DNA of 64,000 nucleotides, from assembly GCA_964016885.1 (NCBI GenBank), contig OZ024748.1, forward strand, positions 24,056,001-24,120,000. The letters run 5' to 3'. The stretch's first letter is position 1. The number at the start of each line of letters is the position of its first letter. The notes under the pieces are model-generated. The model was not told where the DNA came from, ran no database searches, and saw only the letters and a program-made list of their open reading frames with translations. This document shows positions 1-15,063 of the stretch, piece after piece. Both the position numbers and the translations under genes were made by a program. Source of the DNA: Eledone cirrhosa. Taxonomy: Eukaryota.

Positions 1-129
1 TCATGTGAAAATATGAAAAGTTTTATTGTCATTGCTGACATGTAATACATCGTGGCCAGCATTTAAAATAAAATATCCTATTCTCGGAGCAAGTGTAAGT
101 GGTTAAGTATTACAGAAGATACTTGTACA

Positions 130-640
130 TTTAACATCATAATTCAGCGTCTTCAGCCGAAATAGAATCGACGATAGATCTCCACGCTGGTCTCTCTCGA
201 ACATCTATACCAGAGTGTCTGGCTATCACATCTAGATAGGAAATCTTGTGACTTCTTTGGCTTCCACAAATGTTCGTTTTGAAAGCACTAAAGGAGACAC
301 AGCTTCATTTGAGACGCGGTATCAGAAATACGAGGGAGACCATCGTATATTTTCCAAAGAGTCGTATGTTGTCTCCAGCTTATGTCTCGTGACTGACACA
401 GCAAGGGTGTATATACTTCATCAAGGAGTTTTATTGTTTGATATATATATATAAGTGTCCAAGTTTCACTACCATAAAGTAGGACTGGTTGTATTGAATT
501 TGGAAGAGTCTTACTTTGGATGAATTTAGTAGAAAGGAACACCAGATATAGCCACACCTGGGCTTTTCTGGTATTGAAATCTATTTCAGAGTTTATGATT
601 TGATTGAATCTGCTTGAATATCATATTAGGTATCATAGAT
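130..640 (-). pseudogene. Degraded RTE-clade LINE fragment (region C-terminal to RT)
   Basis: ORF 288-557(-) contains IQPVLLYGSETWTL...ISWRQH...IYDGLPRIS, matching the RTE-type motif PVLLYGSETWT. Disrupted; boundaries approximate. Confidence 0.7.
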
Positions 641-721
641 CCTTCACAAATATTCAGGCATAATCAGCGCGGCAAAATGTGTCAAGGCTGGAACATTGAA
701 TTACAGGTATAATCTATTCAA

Positions 722-880
722 CAGTCTTCTACACAGTTTCTGTCTACCAAATTTCCCCCATGGATGTCGTCGACCCGAAGCTATAATAAAAGACATTTGC
801 TGAAAATACGGCACAACGACATTGAACTTGGAACCTCGTAAATGTGAATCGAACTTCTTATACACTTCACCATGCCTACA
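722..880 (-). mobile_element. Degenerate tRNA-derived SINE with CORE-like body (family B)
   Basis: Shares GGTAGACAGAAACTG body with 43315-43610 and 62952-63110; decayed tRNA-like head. Confidence 0.55.
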
Positions 881-892
881 TCCTGCTGTGCA

Positions 893-1075
893 TTTTCTAT
901 TTTTGGCACAAGGCCAGCAATAATCCCAGTGCATTACTGGTACTTTTATTTCATCGACCCCGTAATGATGAAAAGCAAAGTTAACCTTTCATCCTTACGG
1001 GGTCGATAAAATAAAAGTACCAGTAATGCACTGGGATAATTGCTGGCCTTGTGCCACAAGTAGAAACAATTATTA
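893..1075. mobile_element. Head-to-head inverted pair of SINE family A 3' halves (palindrome)
   Basis: 893-~975 is the reverse complement of ~986-1075 (CTTTCATCCTTACGGGGTCGATAAAATAAAAGTACCAGT...GAAACAATT). Confidence 0.85.
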
Positions 1076-1089
1076 AATATATATATTTA

Positions 1090-1310
1090 TGATGAATTGG
1101 CAGTATCGGTAGAGCGTCGGACAACAGGCTTTGCGGGATATAGTCACGTTCCTTTGCGTGCTGAGTTCAAATCCCACCGAGGTTAGCTTTGCCTTTCATC
1201 CTTACGGGGGTCTATAAAATAAAGTACCAGTAATGTACTGGTGTTGATTTAAACGACTTTTCGCACCCCTTCAAATTGCGGGCATTGTGCCTAAAGTAGA
1301 AACAGTTATT
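1090..1310 (+). mobile_element. tRNA-derived SINE family A, full length
   Basis: A box TGGCAGTATCGG, B box GAGTTCAAATC, core GCCTTTCATCCTTACGGGG...AAGTACCAGT, tail TTGTGCCTAAAGTAGAAACAGTTATT. Confidence 0.9.
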
Positions 1311-1435
1311 AAATATGTGTGCGTGTGTGTATGTGAGTGCGTGCGTGAGTGTATGTCTTTGTGAATAGGTATGTGTGGGGGTATGAATGTATGTGGGTGT
1401 GTGAATGTGAGTATGTGTGTATGTGGGTGTGTGCA

Positions 1436-1514
<79 letters not shown>

Positions 1515-1589
1515 GCGATACAATGGTTGGGATATATAGTTATATGTGTGTACATGTACCTAGAACACTACAAACTTCATACAGCTTTA

Positions 1590-2310
1590 GACACACACAC
1601 ACATACATTTACATACACAAACACTTACATAATATTAACACACACACACTGACTGACACTGTCATACACATACACACACACTGATTGACACTTTCACACA
1701 CATACATTTACATACACAAACACTTACATAATATTAACACACACACACTGACTGACACTGTCATACACATACACACACACTGATTGACACTTTCACACAC
1801 ATACATTTACATACACAAACACTTACATAATATTAACACACACACACTTACTGACACTTTCATACACATACACACACACACACTGATTGACACTTTCACA
1901 CACATACACTTACATACACAAACACTTACATAATATTAACACACACACACAGGCAGACACTTTCACACACACACACACACTGATTGACACTTTCATACAC
2001 ATACACACACATACTCACTGACACTTTCACACACATCCACATACACTTACATACACAAACATTTCAATAATATTAACACACACACACAGACAGACACTTT
2101 CACACACACACACACACACACACACAGACATTTTTACACACACACACATACACACACAGACTGACACTTTCACACACATACACATATATACACAAACACT
2201 TACATAATATTATCACACACACACAGACAGACACTTTCATACACACACACACACATACACACATACACACACATATACATACACATATTTACAAATACAC
2301 GCACACACAC
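1590..2310. repeat. CA-derived minisatellite, ~99-bp unit
   Basis: AATATTAACAC anchor recurs at 1631, 1730 and 1829, then degenerates. Confidence 0.85.
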
Positions 2311-2448
2311 TTACAGACAGAGTCACACAGAGAGGCAGGCAGAGTAGAATGTGTCATCTTTGTCTGAGTGGTGTGTGTGTAAGTGTGTGTGTATGTGTGT
2401 GTGTAAGTGTGTAAGTGTATGTGTGTAAGTGTATATGTGTGTGTGTAA

Positions 2449-2494
<46 letters not shown>

Positions 2495-2570
2495 CTGTGT
2501 GTGTATGTGTGTGAGTAAGTGTATATGTGTATGTGCAAGTGTTTGTGTGTGTGTGTGTGTGTTGTGTGTC

Positions 2571-2607
<37 letters not shown>

Positions 2608-2879
2608 GTGTATATGTGTGTAAGTGTATGTGTGTGTGTGTGTGTATAGTGTGTAAGTGTATATGTGTGTGTGGTGTGTAAGTGTATATGCGTGTGCGTG
2701 TAAGTGTGAGTGTAAGTAAGTGTATATGTGTGTGTGTAACTGTGTGTGGATAAGTGTATGTGTGTGTGTACATGTGTGTAAGTGTAAGTGTATATGTGTG
2801 CATGTATGTGTGTAAGTGTGTGTATGTAAGTGGAAGTGTGTGTGCATGTGTGTGTAAGTATGTGTGTATGTAAGTGTGC

Positions 2880-5030
2880 GTGTATACATGTATGTGTGGT
2901 TAAGTGTGTGTGTGTAAGTGTGTGTATGTAAGTGTGTGTGTATACGTGTATGTGTGGTTAAGTGTGTGTGTGTAAGTGTGTGTATGGTAGTGTGTGTGTA
3001 TACGTGTATATGTGGTTAAGTGTGTGTGTGTAAGTGTCTGTATGTAAGTGTGTGTATATACGTGTATATGTGGTTAAGTGTGCGTGTGTAAGTGTGTGTA
3101 TGTAAGTGTGTGTGTATACGTGTATGTGTGGTTAAGTGTGCGTGTGTAAGTGTCTGTATGTAAGTGTGTGTGTATACGTGTGTGTAGTTAAGTGTGTGTG
3201 TGTGTAAGTGTGTGTATGGTAGTGTATGTGTATACGTGTATGTGTGGTTAAGTGTGCGTGTGTAAGTGTGTGTATGTAAGTGTGTGTGTATACGTGTATG
3301 TGTGGTTAAGTGTGCGTGTGTAAGTGTGTGTATGTAAGTGTGTGTGTATACGTGTATGTGTGGTTAAGTGTGTGTGTGTAAGTGTGTGTATGGTAGTGTG
3401 TGCGTATTCGTGTATGCGTGGTTAAGTGTGTGTATGGTAGTGTGTGTGTATACGTGTATATGTGGTTAAGTGTGTGTGTGTAAGTGTGTGTATGTAAGTG
3501 TGTGTGTATACGTGTATGTGTGGTTAAGTGTATGTGTGTAAGTGTGTGTATGGTAGTGTGTGCGTATACGTGTGTGTAGTTAAGTGTGCGTGTGTAAGTG
3601 TCTGTATGTAAGTGTATGTGTATACGTGTATGTGTGGTTAATGTGTGCGTGTGTAAGTGTGTGTATGTAAGTGTGTGTGTATACGTGTATGTGTGGTTAA
3701 GTGTGCGTGTGTAAGTGTGGGTATGTAAGTGTGTGTGTATACGTGTATGTGTGGTTAAGTGTGTGTGTGTAAGTGTGTGTATGGTAGTGTGTGCGTATAC
3801 GTGTATGCGTGGTTAAGTGTGTGTATGGTAGTGTGTGTGTATACGTGTATATGTGGTTAAGTGTGTGTGTGTAAGTGTGTGTATGTAAGTGTGTGTGTAT
3901 ACGTGTATGTGTGGTTAAGTGTGTGTGTGTAAGTGTGTGTATGGTAGTGTGTGTGTATACGTGTATGTGTGGTTAAGTGTGTGTAAGTGTGTGTATGTAA
4001 GTGTGTGTGTATACGTGTATATGTGGTTAAGTGTGTCTGTGTAAGTGTGTGTATGGTAGTGTGTGTGTATACGTCTATATGTGGTTAAGTGTGTCTGTGT
4101 AAGTGTGTGTATGGCAGTGTGTGTGTATACGTGTATATGTGGTTAAGTGTGTGTGTGTAAGTGTGTGTGTAAGTGTGTGTGTGGTAGTGTGGGTGTATAC
4201 GTGTATATGTGGTTAAGTGTGTGTGTGTAAGTGTGTGTATGATAGTGTGGGTGTATACGTGTATATGTGGTTAAGTGTGTGTGTGTAAGTGTGTGTATGT
4301 AAGTGTGTGTGTATACGTGTATATGTGGTTAAGTGTGTGTGTGTAAGTGTGTGTATGTAAGTGTGTGTGTATACGTCTATATGTGGTTAAGTGTGTGTGT
4401 GTAAGTGTGTGTATGGTAGTGTGTGTGTATACGTGTATATGTGGTTAAGTGTGTGTGTGTAAGTGTGTGTATGGTAGTGTGTGTGTATACGTGTATGCGT
4501 GGTTAAGTGTGTGTGTGTGTAAGTGTGTGTATGGTAGTGTGTGTGTATACGTGTATATGTGGTTAAGTGTGTGTGTGTAAGTGTGTGTGTAAGTGTGTGT
4601 ATGGTAGTGTGTGTGTATACGTGTATATGTGGTTAAGTGTGTGTGTGTAAGTGTGTGTGTAAGTGTGTGTATGGTAGTGTGTGTGTATACGTGTATATGT
4701 GGTTAAGTGTGTGTGTGTAAGTGTGTGTGTAAGTGTGTGTGTAAGTGTGTGTATGTAAGTGTGTGTGTATACGTCTATATGTGGTTAAGTGTGTCTGTGT
4801 AAGTGTGTGTATGGTAGTGTGTGTGTATACGTGTATATGTGGTTAAGTGTGTGTGTGTAAGTGTGTGTATGGTAGTGTGTGTGTATACGTCTATATGTGG
4901 TTAAGTGTGTGTGTGTAAGTGTGTGTATGGTAGTGTGTGTGTATACGTGTATATGTGGTTAAGTGTGTGTGTGTAAGTGTGTGTATGTAAGTGTGTGTGT
5001 ATACCTGTATATGTGGTTAAGTGTGTGTGT
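2880..5030. repeat. GT-derived minisatellite, ~58-bp unit
   Basis: Repeated ATACGTGTATGTGTGGTTAAGTGTGTGTGTGTAAGTGTGTGTATG(TA/GT)AGT. Confidence 0.95.
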
Positions 5031-5450
5031 GTAAGTGTGTGTATGGTAGTGTGTGTGTAAGTGTGTGTATGGTAGTGTGTGTGTAAGTGTGTGTATGGTA
5101 GTGTGTGTGTGTAAGTGTGTGTATGATAGTGTGTGTGTGTAAGTGTGTGTATGGTAGTGTGTGTGTGTAAGTGTGTGTATGGTAGTGTGTGTGTGTAAGT
5201 GTGTGTATGGTAGTGTGTGTGTGTAAGTGTGTGTATGGTAGTGTGTGTGTGTAAGTGTGTGTATGGTAATGTGTGTGTGTAAGTGTGTGTATGGTAGTGT
5301 GTGTGTGTAAGTGTGTGTATGGTAGTGTGTGTGTGTAAGTGTGTGTATGGTAATGTGTGTGTGTAAGTGTGTGTATGGTAGTGTGTGTGTGTAAGTGTGT
5401 GTATGGTAGTGTGTGTGTGTAAGTGTGTGTATGGTAGTGTGTGTGTGTGT
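5031..5450. repeat. 28-bp minisatellite (sub-unit of the adjacent 58-bp repeat)
   Basis: (GTAAGTGTGTGTATGGTAGTGTGTGTGT)n. Confidence 0.9.
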
Positions 5451-5953
5451 ATTGTATCATGCCAGTTATTTCTGGCTTTGGTATAGCTTGGGACTTGAAC
5501 TCAATAACATATGTACAGGCATATATAGACACACGCACACACACACGCACACACACATGCACATACACACGCACATACACATACACACGCACACGCACAT
5601 GCACACACATGCACATACACACACATGTACATACATGCACATACACATGCACATACACATGCACATATAGACACATGCACATACACACGCACACACATAC
5701 ACACGCACACATGCACATGCACATACATGCATATACATGCACACACACACGCACACACACATGCACATATACACGCACACACACACATGCACACCCATGT
5801 ATATACACATGCACACACATGCACATAGATACACATAGACATACATGCACACATACACATATGCACAGAAACATATGCACCAAATTATCATGCTCACATG
5901 TACAAAAACACACTCACACAGAGAAGCACACACCCACACACACACACACACAC

Positions 5954-6027
<74 letters not shown>

Positions 6028-6090
6028 GTACACACGCATACACGCACATAATAATACACAGAAACACACATAGATACAACTACAATAATT

Positions 6091-8280
6091 CAGAGGCACA
6101 CATACACACACATACAATAATACAGAGGCACACATACACACACATACAATAATACAGAGGCACACATACACATACATACAATAATACAGAGGCACACATA
6201 CACACACATACAACAATACAGAGGCACACATACACATACATACAATAATACAGAGGCACACATACACATACATACAATAATACAGAGGCACACATACACA
6301 TACATACAATAATACATTGGCACACATACACACACATACAACAATACAGAGGCACACATACACACACATACAATAATACAGAGGCACACATACACACACA
6401 TACAATAATACAGAGGCACACATACACACACATACACATACATACAGAGGCACACATACACACACATACAATAATACAGAGGCACACATACACATACATA
6501 CAATAATACATTGGCACACATACACACACATACAATAATACAGAGGCACACATACACACACATACAACAATACAGAGGCACACATACACACACATACAAT
6601 AATACAGAGGCACACATACACACACATACAATAATACAGAGGCACACATACACACACATACACATACATACAGAGGCACACATACACACACATACAATAA
6701 TACAGAGGCACACATACACATACATACAATAATACAGAGGCACACATACACACACATACAACAATACAGAGGCACACATACACATACATACAATAATACA
6801 GAGGCACACATACACACACATACAATAACACATTGGCACACATACACACACATACAATAATACAGAGGCACACATACACATACATACAATAATACAGAGG
6901 CACTCATACACATACATACAATAATACATTGGCACACATACACACACATACAATAATACAGAGGCACACATACACACACATACAATAATACAGAGGCACA
7001 CATACACATACATACAATAATACAGAGGCACACATACACACACATACACATACATACAGAGGCACACATACACATACATACAATAATACAGAGGCACACA
7101 TACACACACATACAATAATACAGAGGCACACATACACATACATACAATAATACAGAGGCACACATACACATACATACAATAATACAGAGGCACACATACA
7201 CATACATACAATAATACAGAGGCACACATACACATACATACAATAATACAGAGGCACACATACACATACATACAATAATACAGAGGCACACATACACACA
7301 CATACACATACATACAGAGGCACACATACACATACATACAATAATACAGAGGCACACATACACACACATACAATAATACAGAGGCACACATACACATACA
7401 TACAATAATACAGAGGCACACATACACACACATACAATAATACAGAGGCACACATACACACACATACAATAATACAGAGGCACACATACACATACATACA
7501 ATAATACAGAGGCACACATACACACACATACACATACATACAGAGGCACACATACACATACATACAATAATACAGAGGCACACATACACACACATACAAT
7601 AATACAGAGGCACACATACACACACATACACATACATACAGAGGCACACATACACATACATACAATAATACAGAGGCACACATACACATACATACAATAA
7701 TACAGAGGCACACATACACACACATACAATAATACAGAGGCACACATACACACACATACAATAATACAGAGGCACACATACACACACATACAATAATACA
7801 GAGGCACACATACACACACATACAATAACACATAGGCACACATACACATACATACAATAATACAGAGGCACACATACACATACATACAATAATACAGAGG
7901 CACACATACACACACATACAATAATACAGAGGCACACATACACACACATACACATACATACAGAGGCACACATACACATACATACAATAATACAGAGGCA
8001 CACATACACATACATACAATAATACAGAGGCACACATACACATACATACAATAATACAGAGGCACACATACACATACATACAATAATACAGAGGCACACA
8101 TACACACACATACAATAATACAGAGGCACACATACACACACATACAATAATACAGAGGCACACATACACACACATACAATAATACAGAGGCACACATACA
8201 CACACATACAATAATACAGAGGCACACATACACACACATACACATACATACAATAATACGGAGGCACACATACACACACA
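6091..8280. repeat. 32-bp minisatellite
   Basis: (CAGAGGCACACATACACACACATACAATAATA)n, highly homogeneous with interspersed variants. Confidence 0.95.
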
Positions 8281-8407
8281 TACACACACATACACATACA
8301 TACACACAGACTTTGACACAGTCACACAAGGTCGCCAACGTCCTTCACAAAAAAAAGACAGCGTCTCTCATATGTATGCTGTCATTGACGACACACATGC
8401 ACACATG

Positions 8408-8440
<33 letters not shown>

Positions 8441-8923
8441 ACATACATACACACATACATACACTTCCCCCCCTCCCATGCCCTCCAACACAACACCTAC
8501 CCACACGTCGACATCCCCCCCCCCCCCCCCCCCCTGTACACCACACCACCACCAGCGCCACCTTCACCGCCAACTCCAGTACACTCCCACACAAAATTAT
8601 GAATGAAATTTGTGAGTGCAGTTCAATGGAACATGGAGTAATATAGAAAGGGGGTGGAAGAGGGTGGGGGCAGGGGTGTGTGGAGGAAGTAGAGAGATGG
8701 AGAGGTGGGGGGAGAGGTAGAGGTGGGGAGTGAGTATGAATGAGAGAGGTGAAGAGGGAGGCTGGTTTGCAGGGAGTGATAGGGGTGGGAGGAAGTAAGA
8801 TAACGCGATTGGAAAATTGAGAAAGGAGAGGGGGAGAAGAGATGAAGAAGATGAAGAAGGAGGCTGGAGAGGAAATAGAGAAAGGGAGTAAGGAGAGAGA
8901 GAGAGAGTGGTAGAGTACAGGAA

Positions 8924-8955
<32 letters not shown>

Positions 8956-9231
8956 AGTATGAAGAGAGAGAGAGTATGGAGAGAGAGAGTATTGAAACAT
9001 GAATTGCTCCGTCAATTGAAAGGCTAGGTCAAGTTGCGGTCATTGCAAGTGAGTAACTATGGTGTAACGTGACAGTCAGACACACAGACAGACAGACAGA
9101 CACTAGACACTAGACACTAGACAGACAAACAGACAGACACAGAGACAGACACAGAGACAGACACAGAGACAGACGGACTAGATATCCGATAGACAGATAC
9201 ACATGTAGTCAGATAGAAGACAAAAAGCTAA

Positions 9232-9331
<100 letters not shown>

Positions 9332-9359
9332 GAGGGAGGAAGAGAGAGAGAAAGAGAGA

Positions 9360-9403
<44 letters not shown>

Positions 9404-9405
9404 TG

Positions 9406-9631
9406 TTTCTTTATTAGCCACAGGGGCACAAAAGAAGGGGACAAATACAAAGGGGGAAGTTTACATACAATAAAAACGTGTAAAATATTATCACAAATGC
9501 AATTTAAAAATTAGTCGATTTTCCCCAATAGGGGGAGACATTACATATGGGTAACACATACCCCCGAAAAAAAATGTGCAACCCTCATCTCCAGGAGTAC
9601 GAAGAGTTAGTACTCCTTTCCTCTCCTCCTC
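9406..9631 (-). mobile_element. 5'-truncated copy (3' UTR only) of the full-length Tx1-like LINE
   Basis: Reverse complement closely matches 31142-31368; flanked by (GA)n and (GATA)n. Confidence 0.9.
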
Positions 9632-9877
9632 TTAGATAGATAGATAGAAAGACAGACAGGGACAGACAGAAAGACAGACTGGGACAGACAGACAAAACAG
9701 ACATAGAGACATTGTCAAACAAACTACCAGACAGACAGATAAATAGCTAGACAAGCAAATAGAGAGAAAGGAAGAAGAAAAAATATAGATGGACAGATAG
9801 AATGGGTAAGTGAGAGAGAGAGTGAGTGAGAGAAAGAGAGAGAGAGTGAGTGAGTGAGAGAGAGAGAGTGAGTGAGT

Positions 9878-9932
<55 letters not shown>

Positions 9933-10159
9933 GTGTGAGGTTGAAAGGGAAAGATAGAGGCAAAAATGGATAGTTGAATAAAATATGAATAAAGGTGAGA
10001 ATAATATGAATAAAGGTGAGAACAAAGAAATATAGACATGTGTGTGTGTGTGTGTGTCTAAGTGTGTGCGTGCATGTATACATACACACATATATATATA
10101 TATATGTGTGTGTGTGTCTGTGCGTGTATATTTATGTATACATACACACACATGCACAC

Positions 10160-10197
<38 letters not shown>

Positions 10198-10248
10198 AGT
10201 ATATATATATGTGTGTGTGTGTGTGTTCGTGTATGTGTGTGTGTGTAG

Positions 10249-10281
<33 letters not shown>

Positions 10282-10301
10282 TCGTGTATGTGTGTGTGTA
10301 G

Positions 10302-10351
<50 letters not shown>

Positions 10352-10373
10352 CTCGTGTATGTGTATGTGTGTA

Positions 10374-10423
<50 letters not shown>

Positions 10424-10425
10424 AG

Positions 10426-10460
<35 letters not shown>

Positions 10461-10507
10461 TCGTGTATGTGCGTGTGTGTAGTATATATATATATATATA
10501 TATATGT

Positions 10508-10572
<65 letters not shown>

Positions 10573-10581
10573 CATGCGCAC

Positions 10582-10827
10582 CAGACCTGCCAACCTCTAA
10601 AAACTCAAACGGAGAGTACCATGAAAACAAAGTGTCCCAAAACGGGGAGAAATGGGGCAAAATGGAGAGATTTTACATAATTGTTTCTACTTTAGGCACA
10701 AGGCCAGCAATAACCCAGTGTATTACTGGTACTATGAAAGCTATACTCATTTTCACAAGAGAAGATACCTCTCACCCACCACAAAATAGGAGATCTCCCC
10801 GTCGGACGGGGAGAGTTGACAGGTCTG
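10582..10827. mobile_element. hAT-like MITE containing a nested SINE A fragment (10678-10731)
   Basis: Terminal inverted repeats CAGACCTGCCAAC / GTTGACAGGTCTG; 8-bp TSD ATGCGCAC (10574-10581) / ATGCACAC (10828-10835). Confidence 0.75.
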
Positions 10828-11099
10828 ATGCACACGCACACAGACACGCCTTCCCCCTCCATACATATGTAAAGTTCAATAATATACACACACTTATATA
10901 TTATTGAAATCCCCCCTGAGTCAGAGACAGAAAACAAAGAGAGGCGGAAATAATTTCAAGAAAAACAATTTTTTTTTTCTCTCTTTAGTTGCAGAAAAAC
11001 TAATCCCTAGCCTGCAATCAAAGATCAGATATTCTCAGTTCCTTCGGATTATTTCCCCTTCTCCTTCAAATTCGCTATCAAGTCTAAAATCTAAAGTCT

Positions 11100-11561
11100 G
11101 TCTTAAACCATTTAAGGCTTGGTGGGCCGGTGTTTATCCCGGTTTCATGACATGAAGCGGCTGAGAGTACAAGACTCCCCCCTGGACAGGACACCAGTCC
11201 ATCGCAGGGTTAAACCCTCAGCTATTGCTGGTACTCATTTTCAGCTGAGTATACTGGAGCAACGTGAAATGAAGTGTCTTTTGCTTAAGAACACAACATG
11301 CAACCCAGCCCTGAAATCGAAACCACGACATTATAATCGTAAGGCCAAGACACTTACCACTAGGTCACGCTAGAACCCTCACTGGACAGGATGCCAGTCC
11401 ATCACGTGGTTAAACCCTCAGCTATTGCTGGTACTTATTTTCAGTTGGGTATACAGGAGCAACGTGAAAGGAAGGACACAACACGCAACCTAGCGCAGGA
11501 ATTGAACCCATGATATTATAATCGTAAGTCCAACACCCTTACCACTAGGCCACGCGCCTCC
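11100..11561 (-). mobile_element. Tandem pair of tRNA-derived SINEs (family C)
   Basis: Two heads with A box (TGGCCTAGTGG / TGACCTAGTGG) and B box (GTTCAATTCC / TTTCGATTTC); shared TTTCACGTTGCTCC...AGTACCAGCAATAGCTGAGGG...GATGGACTGG..TCCTGTCCAG. Confidence 0.85.
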
Positions 11562-12221
11562 AGGTTTTTTCAGCTTTCGACTCAGAAGGAAATTCCAATG
11601 AATTAATGATGTGTCTCATATGACCTTCGGTAGAATCTAAACTCACGGCACTGGCCTCTTTCACTTACATCCCTTTGTTTCTTTTTGTTACAATTATGCA
11701 AATTACCTCTGGCCGAAAATATAATAAACTCTTTGTTTCTATACAAAAGTGTAAAGGATTGAATCGAGGTCATAAAAGATATCGAAACTTGTGTCAATGG
11801 TTGGCCCCAGACAGCTAACAAAGATCCTTCTAGTTACATGGAAATATGTTCGGGAATATCTGTTATATTTCTCTCGTTTTCAAAATCATTAGAAAGTTTC
11901 GTTGTCTAACTTTGAAGAAAAATTTAATAAATTAAGAATTTATTTTCTGCAGAATTCAATACCTTCCTAAATTAAATGTCCAAACTCATGTCATTGGCGA
12001 TGTAAACATGAAATTCGTGTACTTCATTACATGCATTGTTACATTGGCCATACAAGCACGACATTTTGCCGTCGGTTACCCATGCACTTACAAGGAGCCA
12101 TCACAACACATTTCCTAGCAGTCGTGTTTAATATAACATTTGAAAGAAAAGTTGATCCTTACTTATAGTAATATATATATATGTAAATAAACACACACAC
12201 ATAAACACACAAACACACACA

Positions 12222-12266
<45 letters not shown>

Positions 12267-12321
12267 ATATATTATGTATGTATAAATACACACATATGTT
12301 TACATATATGCATACACATAT

Positions 12322-12400
<79 letters not shown>

Positions 12401-12867
12401 CGTATATTTGTGCGTGTGTGAGTGTGCTTGTGTGCGTATGAGTGTGTGTGTGTGTGTGTTTGTGTCTGTGTACAAATTCCTTTCTATCTCTCAGAGTTTA
12501 TCTCCAATCATTGGTTTCTTCGTCTTTCTCTTCATATATTCTTCAGTTTTCTATATTCATCTTCGCCATTCCCACCCTCTCCCTTTTGGTCACCTTCATC
12601 ACCCCTTCCCTCCTTCCTCTCCCTTTTGTTCACCTTCATCACCTCTTCCCTCCATCCTCTCCCTTTTGGTCACCTTCATTACCCCTTCCCTCCTTCCTCT
12701 CCTTTATGCTCACCTTCCTTTCCTCCTCAACCTCAACTCCTGCTCTTCCTCTTCCTTCCTCACCACCACCTTTCTCTCCTCCTCCTGGCCAATGCTTATC
12801 TTCAAACTCCTCTTCCTCCTCCCTCTCCATTTGCACCTTCCTTTCCACCCACTCCTTCCTCTGCACC

Positions 12868-13195
12868 ATCACCACCACCACACCACCATCACCACCACCA
12901 CCACACCACCACCACAATCACCACCACCACCACCACCACCACACCACCACACCACCACACCACCACACTACCAACACCACCACACCACCACCAACACCAC
13001 CACCACACCACCACACCACCACCACCACACCACCTCCACCACACCACCTCCACCACCACACCACCACCACCAACACCACCACACCACCACACCACCACCA
13101 CCTCCACCACCACCACACCACCACACCACCACACCACCTCCACCACCACACCACCACACCACACCACCTCCACCACCACACCACCACCGCCACCA
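12868..13195. repeat. (CCA)n/(CCACA)n low-complexity tract
   Basis: Direct inspection. Confidence 0.9.
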
Positions 13196-13493
13196 TATTC
13201 TTCACAAAAGTCGATTCGGTACAGACGCAGCGTTTATGAAGATTTCTAAGTGGATCACTAACTCCAAAGAATTGATGAGTTCACTCGATGTTCAGTGCAT
13301 TTACTACAATAACAACAACAACAACAATATCATCGATCATAGCAGCACAGGAATACATACATACATACATACACACACTCATACACACACACACACACAC
13401 ACCAATACACGCATATGCACATACGCATATGCACTCACTCACACATACGTATAGCACTCACGCACAACACAACACATACACGTACACATATAC

Positions 13494-13554
<61 letters not shown>

Positions 13555-13734
13555 TATACACATACATATATGCAGTCACACACGCACACATACACAAATA
13601 CATATATGCAGTCACACACACATACACATACATATATGCAGTCACACACATATACACAGGAATATTTTGCTGGCCATCAATTTTTTTTTGTATATTGCTG
13701 AAATGAACTGGGAGGAAGAGAAGGACAACAGTGA

Positions 13735-14057
13735 GATAGATAGAGAGGGAGATAGAGAGAGAGGGGGGAGATAGGGGGGATGGATAGAGGGAGATAGATA
13801 TAGAAGGGGGAGATAGGGAGGATGGATAGAGGGAGATAGTAAAGGAGATAGATAGAGAGGGGGATAGAGAGAGAGGGGGAGATAGGGGGGATGGATAGAG
13901 GGAGATAGTAAGGGAGATAGATAGAGAGGGGGAGATAGGGGGGATGGATAGAGGGAGATAGTAAGGGAGATAGATAGAGAGGGAGATAGGAAGATAGAAA
14001 AAAAGAAAGAGAGAAAGAAAGAAACAAACAAACAAACAAATAAACAAACACAGATAT

Positions 14058-14104
<47 letters not shown>

Positions 14105-14153
14105 ACGAAAGAAAGATAGAATGAATGAAAGAAAGAAAGAAAGAAAGAAAGAT

Positions 14154-14192
<39 letters not shown>

Positions 14193-14530
14193 AAAATAGA
14201 AAGAAAGAAAGCAATGATGAAGGAAAGAAAGGAGGAAGGGAGGAATGGAGGAAGGAAGGAAGGAAAGAAACAAGTTATAAAAGTTAAGAAAAGGCAATGA
14301 ATGAAAGAAAAGGGGAAAGATAGAAAGAAGGGACGAAAGAAAGAAAGAAATGAACGATTGAAAGAAAGAATGTATGAATACATGATAGGAAGAAAGAATG
14401 GTGGAAGAAAAGGGAGAAAGAATGAATGAATGAAAGAAAGAAAGAAAGAAAGAAGGAAGGAAGAGATAAAAGAAAGAGAAAATGAACGATTGAAAGAATG
14501 TATGATAGGAATGGCGGAAGGAGGGGGGAG
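13735..14530. repeat. Purine-rich GATA/GAGGG and (GAAA)n microsatellite block
   Basis: Direct inspection. Confidence 0.9.
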
Positions 14531-14632
14531 GAGGGGTTTCAGAATGATTGGAATAAATGGTAAAGTTAATTTAATACTTTCGAAGCCACCCCACATGGCG
14601 GAGGGGGGTGATACTTGCTGACACGTTACATC

Positions 14633-14706
<74 letters not shown>

Positions 14707-15063
14707 CAATATATTGATAAATGGAAACTATATTTATAAAACCATATTTATTTTATTATACATATTTCAGGGGCAACCAAGGCAAATTATGGTGCGCTTT
14801 CATCAGATAAAATACAGATTTGTTTTATAAATAAATATTGACATACCCGGAAAAAAAGACAACCTTAACGGTTGGAGCTTCCTGGATAGTGGAGAGAGTA
14901 CGTTTATTGAGGGTAATACAAAGTTATGAGTGAGTATGCAAATGAGTGTCCGAAAGGTTGAGTGCTTTATATTAGTTATAAGAATGTTTAAGCTTGTTGA
15001 ATCCCAACAAATTAAATATAACCTCTCCATATATTTATATATATATATATATATATATACATA

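Noticed and set aside
5914-8338. Long ORFs of 300-750 aa (VCVC/HTHT-rich)
   Set aside because: Translations of a stop-free 32-bp minisatellite, open in several frames.
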